IMG/VR virus record: IMGVR_UViG_3300015370_000029
Coordinates: 1-38,798 of that record
Source of the DNA: a virus
Taxonomy: Duplodnaviria > Caudoviricetes
Direction: 5' to 3' (one strand)
DNA length: 38,798 nt
Below the pieces are notes generated by a model. It had not been told where the DNA came from and ran no database searches. It worked only from the letters and a program-made list of their open reading frames with translations. Made by a program: the position numbers and the translations under genes. Positions 6,988 to 16,948 of the stretch are shown in pieces; the stretch's first letter is position 1; each line of letters opens with the position of its first letter.

Positions 6988-7959
6988 ATGCCAAGAGAAT
7001 ATGATTATGCACCGACCAAGAAGGCAGCGCCTGTGTACAAAGCGCCTGCGTACAAAGCGCCTGCGTACTCACCTGCGTTTAAGAGAAAGAGAGACGAGGA
7101 GGAGTTTTATGTGCCGCCTTCGCCTGTTGTGCCGGCGTGGTTGAGTGGAGGCGGAGCAGGGGGAGGGGTGACGCCGAGGAGCCCATTTGATAAGTTGAAT
7201 GAACTTGGCACTCCGTCTGGTTTGGGAGGCGGCAATGCGATAGTGCCAAACTTCAACACACCGGCTTCGATTGCACAGGGACAGGCTCAATATCAGGCTG
7301 CGCCGGCAACCCCCGCCTGGATGCAAAGCTACATGAACTTGTTCTCAGGTGTGGGTGGGATCGGCAGTCCGACGGGATTGGGAGGCGGTGTAACATCTGT
7401 ACCGAACTTCAACACGCCGGCTTCGATTTCACAAGGGCAGGCGTTTCATCGCGCAAACGTGATGGAGCGGACGGCAAATCGGGATGATGTGATACCTCGC
7501 ACTCGTGTATTCAACCCGCGCACTGGACAGGAAGGACTGAGTTATCAAGCGCCCGCCTGGGCTAAAGACCCTCTACAAAGTTATATTGATCTATTCGCAG
7601 GTGTGGGCGGGATCGGTATGCCAACGGGATTGGGAGGCGGTAATGCGATCGTGCCGAACTTTACGCAGGCTCCGATACTTTCGGAAGATGTTCGACAATA
7701 TGCCCCTCGTGAAAACGTGGGAAGCCTTCCGCGCCCATTTGTGAGGGAGCATGTGACACCGCAAATGGCGCGAGGACCACAAAGGTATGTGAGTCCGCTG
7801 CCTGAGACAGATTATGTTGATCCTTTTGGCACCAGGTATGGCGGCAACTGGACCAGGTATCGGCAAGACGGCGGCGGTGGCGGTTATGGTGGCGGAGATT
7901 ATCCGCAGTGGTTGAAGGATATGTACGACAATTTGTACAGCTTAAATTGGCGTGATTGA
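6988..7959 (+). CDS. Gly/Pro-rich protein with internal repeats, putative ejection/internal virion protein
   Basis: AAAGGAG RBS; three copies of G-x-P-(S/T)-GLGGG...VPNF. Function inferred from position. Confidence 0.55.
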   Translation: MPREYDYAPTKKAAPVYKAPAYKAPAYSPAFKRKRDEEEFYVPPSPVVPAWLSGGGAGGGVTPRSPFDKLNELGTPSGLGGGNAIVPNFNTPASIAQGQAQYQAAPATPAWMQSYMNLFSGVGGIGSPTGLGGGVTSVPNFNTPASISQGQAFHRANVMERTANRDDVIPRTRVFNPRTGQEGLSYQAPAWAKDPLQSYIDLFAGVGGIGMPTGLGGGNAIVPNFTQAPILSEDVRQYAPRENVGSLPRPFVREHVTPQMARGPQRYVSPLPETDYVDPFGTRYGGNWTRYRQDGGGGGYGGGDYPQWLKDMYDNLYSLNWRD

Positions 7960-8023
7960 CCCCCTCCCTGCCCTCCCCCAAATGAGATCCTTCGCGAGTG
8001 CTCAGGACAAGTTTAGGGGAGGG
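7960..8023 (+). repeat. Dispersed hairpin repeat type B with GATCCTTCG...CTCAGGACA insert
   Basis: CCCCCTCCCTGCCCTCCCCCAAAT-insert-TTTAGGGGAGGG, directly after a stop codon. Confidence 0.85.
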
Positions 8024-8043
8024 TGTTTATCATAGGATAGCGC

Positions 8044-11000
8044 ATGGCAAAACAATGGTTAGGTGAAAGGAAGATGGCGCGCCTCCAGGGGCATGAGGAG
8101 GATTTCTATCTTGATGAAAAACGCCCGCAATATAAGTGGGTGGGTGAAAGGAAGATGGCAGCCCGGCGGAAACAATGGGAGAAAGACCGAGACCTTGAAC
8201 AAGCCGGGCTGCTGAATTATCAAAATAGAGGTATGAGTGCGGCTGAGATCGCCGCGCGGTCTACGGCTGCGGGGCAACCTCAACTGCCGATCCAGTACAA
8301 GACAGCGGACAACGGGCTGGTGGTGAAACAACAGAGGTATTCGTGGTGGAATGGGGCGCCGGTTGAGAGTGTCAGTAAGCCAACTTATTCAGAGGACTAT
8401 ACACAACCGCAGTTGAATCCATACGCGGGGGATTTTGACTGGTCACGTTTGACGGTGGAGCAGAAGAAAGCCATCACCGGTAATTCAGAATTCAGCATGT
8501 CGAAGGTGATCGCGCCCGGACAGCAGGGCATGATCCTGAGTGATAAGGGATTGGGGTTGTGGAGTAAAAATCAAAGCGGGACATACGGCAGCCAGGACCT
8601 GCAATGGTGGCAGCCGGTGGCATTCTCGGTACTCTCTGACCCGAAGACCACGCCGTTGGTGCAGGGAGCGGCGATGACATTGCTGACGGGCGGACAAGCC
8701 TTACCGCTGGCGATAGGCATAACGGGGCTGGCATACGGCGCGCAACTGAAGGGTAACGAGAATGCCTCGCTCAATGCGGTTGGATCCTTCTCGGAGTGGA
8801 TGTTGAAACCTTTCATGGCTGGCGCATTTGCGCTGGAGCAGGTGGGGGGAGTGATTGATTATCTAGTCGGTGGCAAAGATACAAGTTTTTATAACGTGCC
8901 GGCAGTAGAAGCATTCAAGACCATCCAGGCGATCAACGAAGCGAATAGACTGGAACAATTTATCAGCGACCCGAAGTTGAGGAAGGCGGTTTGGGAAGCC
9001 GGCAAGGTCTATTATGAGTCACTGGCGGGCAAGCAACAGCCTTATACAAAGGTACTTGAAAAACTACTGGACGACATGCCATTGGCGCAGAAGAAGGATA
9101 CGATCAAGGCGATCAATGCCTTCCTGCCACTGGTGAAGGAGGAGAACCAGGTCTGGGTGTTGGGTGAGAACGAGACTGTGCCTGTGCAGCCGGGGTATAC
9201 GCTGGACGATGCGGTCAAACGGATATTGAATGGGGAGAGCGCGGATGCGTTATGGACGGAATATCAGCGGGTGTATGGCATCTCGGGAGTAGCCAGCGAC
9301 TTCATGCTGAGTGCGATCTATGACCCGTTGAATGTATTGCCGACTGTGGTGGGTAGAACCAAAGCGAAGATCGCCGAGACCAGGGTCAAGAGTTTGGCGG
9401 GGTTGAGTGAGTTGAGCGAGGTACAGGCGGCGCGGCTCAAGATCGAAACGATCAAGGCGGACATCTACCGAGCTACACCTGGCATGTCGGGCATGGTAAT
9501 ACCGTGGAACGAAGCCAGCAGAAGGTTTAGGAAGTTGATCGTGGATGTGCCGGATGTTGCAAAGCATTTGACCTGGGGGGAGCGGATCATTGCGGGGGTG
9601 ACACCGGATGGGAAGGTGAAGGAACTGCTGCCGAATGCGCAGAAGGTGAAGGGCGCGCCGTTATCTCAAAACCTGCCGATAGCCTGGAAGAGATTTTGGT
9701 CACTACAACCCGAAGCCAGGGCTAATTTGTTCCGCGACAAACTGACAGAGAATATACAGGTGGTGTTCGACTGGTCGCTTGCCACGGGGAAGACCGACCC
9801 GAAGGCGATGATAGACGTGATCGAAGCGGCAAGCAAGATGGACATGGTCACGCTGCGGGAGGCAGGCGCGGAATTCATGGGCAGTCCCGAAGCATACACG
9901 ACCATCGGCGCGGCGCGGGATGTGCTGCCGAAACTGAGAGCGGATCAACTGGCATACGAGGCGCTGGCGAGAAACCGCGAACAGTTCCACAATATAGCCG
10001 GCATGATCGGGGACGACCCGAAGCTGGTATTGGAAGGGTTCTTGAAGGACGACGCGCGCCCGATGTTCGAGCGCTTGAAGGAAAAACTACGGGGCACAGA
10101 CACGCCAGAGGCGAAGGCATTATTGAAGGCGATTGACGAGGGCAAACTGACAGCGGGCGAATTGAAGCAGACCTTCAAGCCGCTGGAGACAGCGCCTTTG
10201 AACGACATCGAATTTATGGCACGCATCAATGAGCGCATGTACGACCACCTGAAGGATTGGGGCAAGGAATACTTTCAGGTAAAGGATCATAACGTTTGGG
10301 ATGAAAGTCTGAGGCTGTTGAAAGGGGCGCAGTCCCTGCTGTTATTGGATGTGAACCCGTACAGCATCCTGAACGATTTTGTGAACGAGCGGATCATGCT
10401 GTTGACAGAGGGGACGCTGGGATTGACCAGCGGGAAAACGATAGACGCTTTCAAGCAGGAGTTTGGGGTGTGGCCTGAGCTGGCGGGCGGGTCTGGATTG
10501 TTGGGAGATATTGCAACAGAGAAGACAAAACTCTCGGCATCCATGAAGGAGAACAAGGGCATCGTCGGTAAGGCGGCGGACAAGCTCAACCTCTTCCGAA
10601 GCTACCTGCCGAGGTCAGCGGCGGCGAGTCGGTTCAACGCGGCGCATCACCAGCAGATGATCTATTCGGGAGTCAAGGAATATTGGGGGAGAAACTGGAT
10701 AGAGGGCAGGGGCTTTGACCGGATGCCTGCCTCGCTCGAGGCGCGGTTGAGGGAATACAACATGGACCCGCAGTTGGTCTACCGCAACGCGCGCTCGATC
10801 TTGAAACCCGAACAATTGGAAATCTTGAAGACGCGCGCCACCAGCCATGACATTGGGAATTACATAGCAGACGCGGCTGAGAAGGTAGGCAAGACGCCGG
10901 GTGAACTGACCGCCCTGATGGATAGGATGGGGGTGGTGGATGAACTGCGCCAGGGGTTGGAGAAAGCAGACACGCCAGCGAAACGGGATAAGGTCTTCGA

Positions 11001-14000
11001 TGGGGTGGATCAGAAGGTACAGGACTATATTGACCGGCGGATCGCGCAGGAGATACCCGGCAAGATACAGGATTACATTGATAAGATCAAGACCGAGGCG
11101 CACGGCGGGGCGATGCAGGTTTTCAACGAAGTGGCGTTGCAGACCTTTGAAACGCGCCTGGAAGTGGATAAGATTTGGGACGAGGCTTATGCAAAAGCGG
11201 CAGAGGTTGATTTTGAAATAGGACGGGTGATCAAAGGCGAGGCGGCAAGACAAGCCGACACCGTATGGCGCAGGACACAGACACGGCAGGCGATGCTTTA
11301 TACGGGCGTGGCAGAAGGGCTGGGGTTCAAGGATGAGTTCAGGCTGAATTACCTAAAGTCATTGGGTGATCAGCAGACCATCCTACGCAATTATTTTCAA
11401 GAGAAGAGCCGGGCAATCGAGAGATATTTCAACACCGAGTATACGAGCAGGGAGGCGCGCAGCGCGGAGTGGTATACGCTGGAAGCGGAGTTGAATACAA
11501 GATTTGCGGAAGAGCAAAGCAAGGTCTTGAAGATCCAGGAAGGCATGAACGACCTGTTCGTGGATGAGATGCGCGCGAAGTACGGGGAGCCGGCGGGGGT
11601 GATGGCGAATGCCTGGGTGACGAAGACGCTGGCAGCCTCGACGGGCATCCATGAGATGATCGTGGCGTTCAGGGATTCAATCAAAGGGATGGATCCTGAG
11701 CAGAGGGCAAATGCGTGGAAGCGGTTCAAGCCGGAGTTTCAGGCTGCGTATTATGAGCGGACAAAGGTGGACATGGCGGGGGCGGCGGAGTTGTGGAAGG
11801 GGGAGGAGAGCCCACCCCCTGACCCCCTTCGTCCTTCGGACACTTCCCCCAAATCGGGAAGCGCATCCGATTTAGGGGAAGAGGTGTCAATAATCGGAGA
11901 AGTGCCGGCAAAGGAAACACCGACTGCTAAGGAGTTGGCGGAGGCGCAAAAGCAGAGAAGGGTGGAAGCTGCCAGGCAGAGGGCTGAGAGTCTGGCTCCC
12001 ATTTGGGAGGTGGCAGAGCGATACCCATACCTGGACGCGCCATTCAACCGCAACGTTGATAACGTCTCTTTGCTTGCGATCTTGCGCAAGGAGGAATACG
12101 GCGGCATTCGTGATCTTAGTTTGGACGACCCGCGCCTGACGCCTGAGTTGGTGAGCAGCGTGTTGGAGGCGCGGAGACAGATCACGGAAAGGATCACTGA
12201 GACGCCTGTCCGTATGCAACAAGCGAGTGAAGCAAGAGCCGAGATCGAAAGGCTGAACAAAGCGCGCAAGAATATGACGCCGCCAACGGTCAAGAAAATC
12301 AAAGGCGGGGGAGCGGAGATCAAGTTTGCGGATGGCAGTAAAAACATTCTCAGCGCCGAAGAAGTGGCGCAGAGCGGCGGATTGGATGGAGTAAAGCAGG
12401 AAGTGTTGCGCGCGCAAAACAGCGTGATAGACAGCGAGATCGCGCTAAACCAGCGCAGGTTGGATATGGCTATGGATGGGGTGTTGTTGGAGGCGGCTCG
12501 TATCAGCATTTCAGAAGTAGAGGGACGGCTGAGGGAGTTGGAGGCGCAATACATCGGCTTGAAATCCGACCGCGCGCACCTGGGTGAATTCCAAAAACAA
12601 CTGATCGAGATACAGGATAACCTGATCGTGTTGGAGCAGGCTGTGCCGGATGACGCGCCGAGAGCGCTGCAAGCGCAGTTGATCACAACGCAGGAGAAAA
12701 TCAGCAAGCGGCTGGCAGTGTTGGAAGATTACATAAAGGCGCAGGAGATCGTCGGGTTTGAGCGCGCATTGGAGACCGACCCTGAATCACCGCTCTTCGA
12801 GGAAGCGCCGAGCGACCCACGGGCATTGTTCAAGGATGGCGGAGACCTGCCACTGTTGGCTCCGGGGGCATACGATCAATTAGCCAGCCGGATGGATGCG
12901 ACCAAGATATTCGAGGACGGGTGGAGCGACCAGATCAGGCCGGCATTGGAAGCGATGAAGGAAAGCGCGAACAGTCCAGAACGGCGTTACACCTTCAAGG
13001 ACATGGACGCGCAGACACAGAGGGAACTCAATCAATACCTGGGGACGTTGAGCGGCAAGATGGCAAGCGCCAAACACGCAGCTAGTAAATGGGGCGAGGT
13101 GAATGCGGAGTACGGCTTGCTGAACTATGACCGCCAGTATGGGTTCGATAAGATATTTAGCGCGTTCGTGCCATATGAGTTCTTTGGAACGCGCAGCGCG
13201 GCGAACTGGATGGCGCGGATCATGGACAGGCCGGCATTCGTCTCGCAGTATGTGCGATATCTGAACCTGCGCAAGACCTACGAGAACGACCTGCCGGAAC
13301 GGATGCGTGGGAAACTCTGGCTGCCGACGCCCTTCATGCCAGATTGGGCGGGGGATGGGGTGTGGTTCAACCCGACCTACCAATTGGTGCCGTTCACGCA
13401 GTTCATCCAGCCGTTACAAGCCTATAAACGCGACAATCAAAACCTGATCAACAATGCCATGTATGTCCTGCGGGATATGGCAGAAGCCGACCCGAACAGC
13501 AAGGGGGCGGTTGAGAACGCCATGCAGACACAGAGCGGTCCTATTTGGGAGCGGGCGCTGGCGCAGGCAAAGGCGGAGAATGAGAACACAAACAGCGGGG
13601 CGGATTACTTCTCGATGTTGTTCTCGCCGGCTTTGTATATGACCATCCCGTATTATCTGGCGACCGGGAAGAAGCTGGGCGGGATCAATACCTCGTGGCC
13701 TTCCGGGCAATTGCCGATCACTAAAGTGGGGTCCGCAATGGAAACAGCCTTCAAAGGCACGTCCTCAGAGTGGATCGGGGATGTTGCCGGGCTGCTGGCT
13801 AGACCTGAGAATTACGCGCGCAAGCAATTGAGTTTGAGTGAGTTTGGGGAGTGGGGCGAGTATTACATCGAGCGGCAGTTGGTGAACATGGCGGCGGAGG
13901 ATGGCTACGATCCAAAGGAAGTATACAAGGCGTTGATCGAGAAGACAGGTCCGCTGTACGAAGAGGCGACCAACCGCGTGCGCTACGAACTGATGTTGAA

Positions 14001-14904
14001 GGTGCCGGGCATGGCTCCGTTGTATGCGGCGGCTCACGATGCCTCGCTGGATAAGATAGTTGGGTCGCTGCTGACTTCGCTCTATCCTGCCGGGATACTG
14101 CCAGCCGCCGAGATGGAATACAGGGGTTTGAAGCAGGAATTCAACGAGGCGTGGAAAGCCAAAAATAACGGCAACGACGAGCCGATGGATAAATTCTGGG
14201 ACGATCACCCTGAATATTCTGCGCGCCTGGCATTGCGTAAGGACCCGGAAGAACGGATGCAGCAATTCCTTGTCTCCGAGGTGTGGGATGCTTACGGGGT
14301 ATTAGGAGCGACAGATAGGAAACAGGCGGTAGCCGAGCTTGGTTTGCAGGAATTCTTTGATGGTGAACTTGGCACAGAATACACGATGGAGCAGTTAGTA
14401 ACGTGGGTGCGCGGGTTGAAGGGCATGGTCCCGAAGACGCCTGTGACTGAGCCGATGTTGAGCCAGCCCGCACCGCAGATCAATTACTACGACAAAGCAG
14501 TGACGATGGTGACGGATGAGTATTTCAGCCAGCGGACGAAGAAGTTCCCGAATTTTTACGAGGAGCAGACGGGCTTTTATGCACTGCCGAAGAGCGAGCG
14601 CAATGCCTATCTTTTGAAGACGCCCGGGTTGAAGGCGTATTGGGATTGGAAGGACGCCTGGTACAAGAAGTATCCGCAGTACGTGCCTGTGTTCAACGGG
14701 CAGGTATTCAAGCAGGTGGATACAAGCGGGTGGCCGCCAGGGTTGATGGATTATGTGATCAGCTATGCCTACACTGGTAAGAAGATGCCGAGCGGCGCGA
14801 TGAAGGCGCTGGAGCAGCAGTGGATCGTGGAGGGGATGCCGATGGATGACTTGAAATCGTGGCTGGATAATGTTGTTGCGCCGGCTATGATGTATGGAGA
14901 ATGA
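8044..14904 (+). CDS. Giant (2286 aa) putative internal virion/DNA-ejection protein
   Basis: Very long helical ORF in the structural module with a hydrophobic stretch near aa 205-235. No tape-measure periodicity or catalytic motif recognised. Confidence 0.6.
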   Translation: MAKQWLGERKMARLQGHEEDFYLDEKRPQYKWVGERKMAARRKQWEKDRDLEQAGLLNYQNRGMSAAEIAARSTAAGQPQLPIQYKTADNGLVVKQQRYSWWNGAPVESVSKPTYSEDYTQPQLNPYAGDFDWSRLTVEQKKAITGNSEFSMSKVIAPGQQGMILSDKGLGLWSKNQSGTYGSQDLQWWQPVAFSVLSDPKTTPLVQGAAMTLLTGGQALPLAIGITGLAYGAQLKGNENASLNAVGSFSEWMLKPFMAGAFALEQVGGVIDYLVGGKDTSFYNVPAVEAFKTIQAINEANRLEQFISDPKLRKAVWEAGKVYYESLAGKQQPYTKVLEKLLDDMPLAQKKDTIKAINAFLPLVKEENQVWVLGENETVPVQPGYTLDDAVKRILNGESADALWTEYQRVYGISGVASDFMLSAIYDPLNVLPTVVGRTKAKIAETRVKSLAGLSELSEVQAARLKIETIKADIYRATPGMSGMVIPWNEASRRFRKLIVDVPDVAKHLTWGERIIAGVTPDGKVKELLPNAQKVKGAPLSQNLPIAWKRFWSLQPEARANLFRDKLTENIQVVFDWSLATGKTDPKAMIDVIEAASKMDMVTLREAGAEFMGSPEAYTTIGAARDVLPKLRADQLAYEALARNREQFHNIAGMIGDDPKLVLEGFLKDDARPMFERLKEKLRGTDTPEAKALLKAIDEGKLTAGELKQTFKPLETAPLNDIEFMARINERMYDHLKDWGKEYFQVKDHNVWDESLRLLKGAQSLLLLDVNPYSILNDFVNERIMLLTEGTLGLTSGKTIDAFKQEFGVWPELAGGSGLLGDIATEKTKLSASMKENKGIVGKAADKLNLFRSYLPRSAAASRFNAAHHQQMIYSGVKEYWGRNWIEGRGFDRMPASLEARLREYNMDPQLVYRNARSILKPEQLEILKTRATSHDIGNYIADAAEKVGKTPGELTALMDRMGVVDELRQGLEKADTPAKRDKVFDGVDQKVQDYIDRRIAQEIPGKIQDYIDKIKTEAHGGAMQVFNEVALQTFETRLEVDKIWDEAYAKAAEVDFEIGRVIKGEAARQADTVWRRTQTRQAMLYTGVAEGLGFKDEFRLNYLKSLGDQQTILRNYFQEKSRAIERYFNTEYTSREARSAEWYTLEAELNTRFAEEQSKVLKIQEGMNDLFVDEMRAKYGEPAGVMANAWVTKTLAASTGIHEMIVAFRDSIKGMDPEQRANAWKRFKPEFQAAYYERTKVDMAGAAELWKGEESPPPDPLRPSDTSPKSGSASDLGEEVSIIGEVPAKETPTAKELAEAQKQRRVEAARQRAESLAPIWEVAERYPYLDAPFNRNVDNVSLLAILRKEEYGGIRDLSLDDPRLTPELVSSVLEARRQITERITETPVRMQQASEARAEIERLNKARKNMTPPTVKKIKGGGAEIKFADGSKNILSAEEVAQSGGLDGVKQEVLRAQNSVIDSEIALNQRRLDMAMDGVLLEAARISISEVEGRLRELEAQYIGLKSDRAHLGEFQKQLIEIQDNLIVLEQAVPDDAPRALQAQLITTQEKISKRLAVLEDYIKAQEIVGFERALETDPESPLFEEAPSDPRALFKDGGDLPLLAPGAYDQLASRMDATKIFEDGWSDQIRPALEAMKESANSPERRYTFKDMDAQTQRELNQYLGTLSGKMASAKHAASKWGEVNAEYGLLNYDRQYGFDKIFSAFVPYEFFGTRSAANWMARIMDRPAFVSQYVRYLNLRKTYENDLPERMRGKLWLPTPFMPDWAGDGVWFNPTYQLVPFTQFIQPLQAYKRDNQNLINNAMYVLRDMAEADPNSKGAVENAMQTQSGPIWERALAQAKAENENTNSGADYFSMLFSPALYMTIPYYLATGKKLGGINTSWPSGQLPITKVGSAMETAFKGTSSEWIGDVAGLLARPENYARKQLSLSEFGEWGEYYIERQLVNMAAEDGYDPKEVYKALIEKTGPLYEEATNRVRYELMLKVPGMAPLYAAAHDASLDKIVGSLLTSLYPAGILPAAEMEYRGLKQEFNEAWKAKNNGNDEPMDKFWDDHPEYSARLALRKDPEERMQQFLVSEVWDAYGVLGATDRKQAVAELGLQEFFDGELGTEYTMEQLVTWVRGLKGMVPKTPVTEPMLSQPAPQINYYDKAVTMVTDEYFSQRTKKFPNFYEEQTGFYALPKSERNAYLLKTPGLKAYWDWKDAWYKKYPQYVPVFNGQVFKQVDTSGWPPGLMDYVISYAYTGKKMPSGAMKALEQQWIVEGMPMDDLKSWLDNVVAPAMMYGE
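11822..11881 (+). repeat. Dispersed hairpin repeat type A, in-frame in the 2286-aa gene
   Basis: ACCCCCTTCGTCCTTCGGACACTTCCCCCAAATCGG...CCGATTTAGGGGAAG. Confidence 0.85.
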
Positions 14905-14964
14905 CCCCCCTGTCGCCGAGTACGGCGACATCCCCCCAAATCGGAGAACACGATTTAGGGGGAG
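14904..14964 (+). repeat. Dispersed hairpin repeat type A
   Basis: ACCCCCCTGTCGCCGAGTACGGCGACATCCCCCCAAATCG...CGATTTAGGGGGAG. Confidence 0.9.
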
Positions 14965-14982
14965 AAGAATACGGAGAGTGAG

Positions 14983-15747
14983 ATGACAAATGTAATTACA
15001 CCGGATGTAAGTTTTTACCAGGACGATCCTGCCACGCCGTTGGGTGTGAATTTTGATGTGATGCGGCTGAATGGCGCTGCCGGGGTGATCATCAGGGCGG
15101 GTCAAAATAGTTGGGTTGACAGGTACTTTGCAAAGAACTGGAGCGCGGCAAGACAAGCCGAGTTACCGCGCGGGTCGTATTGGTTTTACGACAGCCGTGC
15201 CAAACCCAAAGATCAGGCTGAGTTGTTCGCGTTGCAGGTCAAGAACGATCCGCCTGAGCTGCCTTTGTTTGCAGACTTTGAAGACAATTACAACGGCTCA
15301 TATAAAGGCTGGAACCATTGGTATGTATTTCTTGAACACATGAAATCACTGACAGAGGCAGAGATTGCGATCTACACTGCTTATTACTATTGGGTTGAGA
15401 ATACCATGTCGCTCGGCATCCCAATTGCTGCGCTGAATTACTTCAAGCAGTATCCGTTGTGGATAGCGAATTATGGCGTGGATAAACCACTGGTGCCGAA
15501 GCCATGGGCAGAGTCAGATTGGTTATTCTGGCAGTACACCAGTAAGGGGGATGGCAAACCCTATGGTGTGGAGAGCAAGAACATTGACCTGAATTATTTC
15601 AACGGAGATTTGGAGGCGTTCAATAAACGATTTGGTTTGTCGGATACACCTTCCAATCCCACTAAACCAGTAATTTCACTGCTCGTTACGACAAACGATG
15701 GGCAGAGCCCGGAACACGGGCACATCAGATTTGAAAGAGGAGACTAA
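14983..15747 (+). CDS. Endolysin, glycoside hydrolase family 25 muramidase
   Basis: DVSFYQ, GSYWF, ADFED, LWIANYG, WLFWQYT and IDLNYFNG motifs. Confidence 0.9.
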   Translation: MTNVITPDVSFYQDDPATPLGVNFDVMRLNGAAGVIIRAGQNSWVDRYFAKNWSAARQAELPRGSYWFYDSRAKPKDQAELFALQVKNDPPELPLFADFEDNYNGSYKGWNHWYVFLEHMKSLTEAEIAIYTAYYYWVENTMSLGIPIAALNYFKQYPLWIANYGVDKPLVPKPWAESDWLFWQYTSKGDGKPYGVESKNIDLNYFNGDLEAFNKRFGLSDTPSNPTKPVISLLVTTNDGQSPEHGHIRFERGD

Positions 15748-15748
15748 G

Positions 15749-16165
15749 ATGGCAGCAAAATACAATGACTATAACGTAACAGGAAAGATCGTCCCAAAGT
15801 GGGATGGCACGCGACTGCGGGTTGAGCCAAGCACTTATACAAAGGTGCTGAATTCATACAATGCTGGTACTCAGGTTGAGATTGACCTGGTGCGCGAATT
15901 TACCGAGACCGTTGCAGCGGAGTATGTCAAAGCAGGCGACAAATGGGGGCGGGTTATAAAGGTCAACAGTATGCCCATTGCACAACCTGCATGGATGGCG
16001 ATAGTGTATTTGGGTGGTGAGATTTGCAGACCTGAGTATAGTTTGGTCGGCACGCCACCTGTGCCACCTGTGCCAGGTGAGAAGGTGAAAATCTTGTATC
16101 TGACTGTCATCTCTCATTATGCAGACGGCACGAGCGAGACGGAAGACTTCTTCCCGGCGGTGTAA
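15749..16165 (+). CDS. SH3b-like cell-wall-binding protein (probable start MAAKY)
   Basis: RLRVEPST...VL..YNAGTQV...KWGRV...AWMA pattern; GAGGAG RBS; follows the endolysin. Confidence 0.5.
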   Translation: MAAKYNDYNVTGKIVPKWDGTRLRVEPSTYTKVLNSYNAGTQVEIDLVREFTETVAAEYVKAGDKWGRVIKVNSMPIAQPAWMAIVYLGGEICRPEYSLVGTPPVPPVPGEKVKILYLTVISHYADGTSETEDFFPAV

Positions 16166-16166
16166 T

Positions 16167-16943
16167 ATGCGCAGCATCATCCTGCACACCGAGGGAGAGT
16201 CGCGGTTGTTCGAGCAACGGCAAGCTCCTGTTCAGCCGCCCTATAAATTCGCGATAGTCAAGCATGTGATACCCAATGAGACTGGCGAGTTCAACATCAC
16301 ATATTATCCTGACGCAGTGCCCATGCAAGACCAGCCGAAAGGCACAGGCAAGGGAGATACGATCCCCGTCCTCAATCCCTGGTGGGAATATATGCAGAAG
16401 ATCAACACGCCCGATGGGTATTCGTACAACCGTTCCGTGGGGGCGATGTGGATCAACATTCAGTATAAAGACGGTGAGGGAAATCAGATCAAGACGCCGC
16501 GAGCTGAGAGCATTCACTGTGGAGGCAACTTCATCGCCTACGAAGAAGAGACAGACACGCACGTCCGGCTAGTCTCATACGACTACCGCATGAAAACAGC
16601 CGACCTGAACCCGGCGGTTGACAACTGGCATTTGAAGCCCTGGTTGTTTTGGAAGGCAGTGGCAGTCAGCAGTGGAGGTAAGTTGATAAACCCTTACGTC
16701 AAGAGCAAAGGGATAGACGTGTATTTCCCGCTGATCCGCAATACCGAGTTGTGGATGAACAAGAACGACCTGGAGTTATTTCCCGACATAACAGCAGGGA
16801 TGTTCTACGAACCACGCGGGGTAGAAGTGTTTTTATCCAATGAGTTACACAGCACTCCGCTCCTGACGGTTGAGAACGGCAAGAGAGTATTCCATACAAG
16901 TTGGTTCAGGTTGAAGACGGTGGGGGTGATCCCACCTGATTGA
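16167..16943 (+). CDS. Hypothetical protein
   Basis: Probable start MRSIILH 1 nt after the previous stop. Confidence 0.6.
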   Translation: MRSIILHTEGESRLFEQRQAPVQPPYKFAIVKHVIPNETGEFNITYYPDAVPMQDQPKGTGKGDTIPVLNPWWEYMQKINTPDGYSYNRSVGAMWINIQYKDGEGNQIKTPRAESIHCGGNFIAYEEETDTHVRLVSYDYRMKTADLNPAVDNWHLKPWLFWKAVAVSSGGKLINPYVKSKGIDVYFPLIRNTELWMNKNDLELFPDITAGMFYEPRGVEVFLSNELHSTPLLTVENGKRVFHTSWFRLKTVGVIPPD

Positions 16944-16948
16944 CATTA

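Noticed and set aside
7560-7625. C5 DNA methyltransferase gene (IDLFAGVGG)
   Set aside because: Only motif I is present, inside a low-complexity repeat; the catalytic PC and ENV motifs are absent.
10615-14265. Long minus-strand ORFs within the giant gene (e.g. 11751-12707), also 20673-21695 and 31579-32541
   Set aside because: Antisense shadows of well-supported + strand genes, with no motifs.
8044-14904. Tape measure protein or virion RNA polymerase
   Set aside because: No tail tube or tail-chaperone context, no tape-measure periodicity, and no DxDGD-type polymerase motif recognised.
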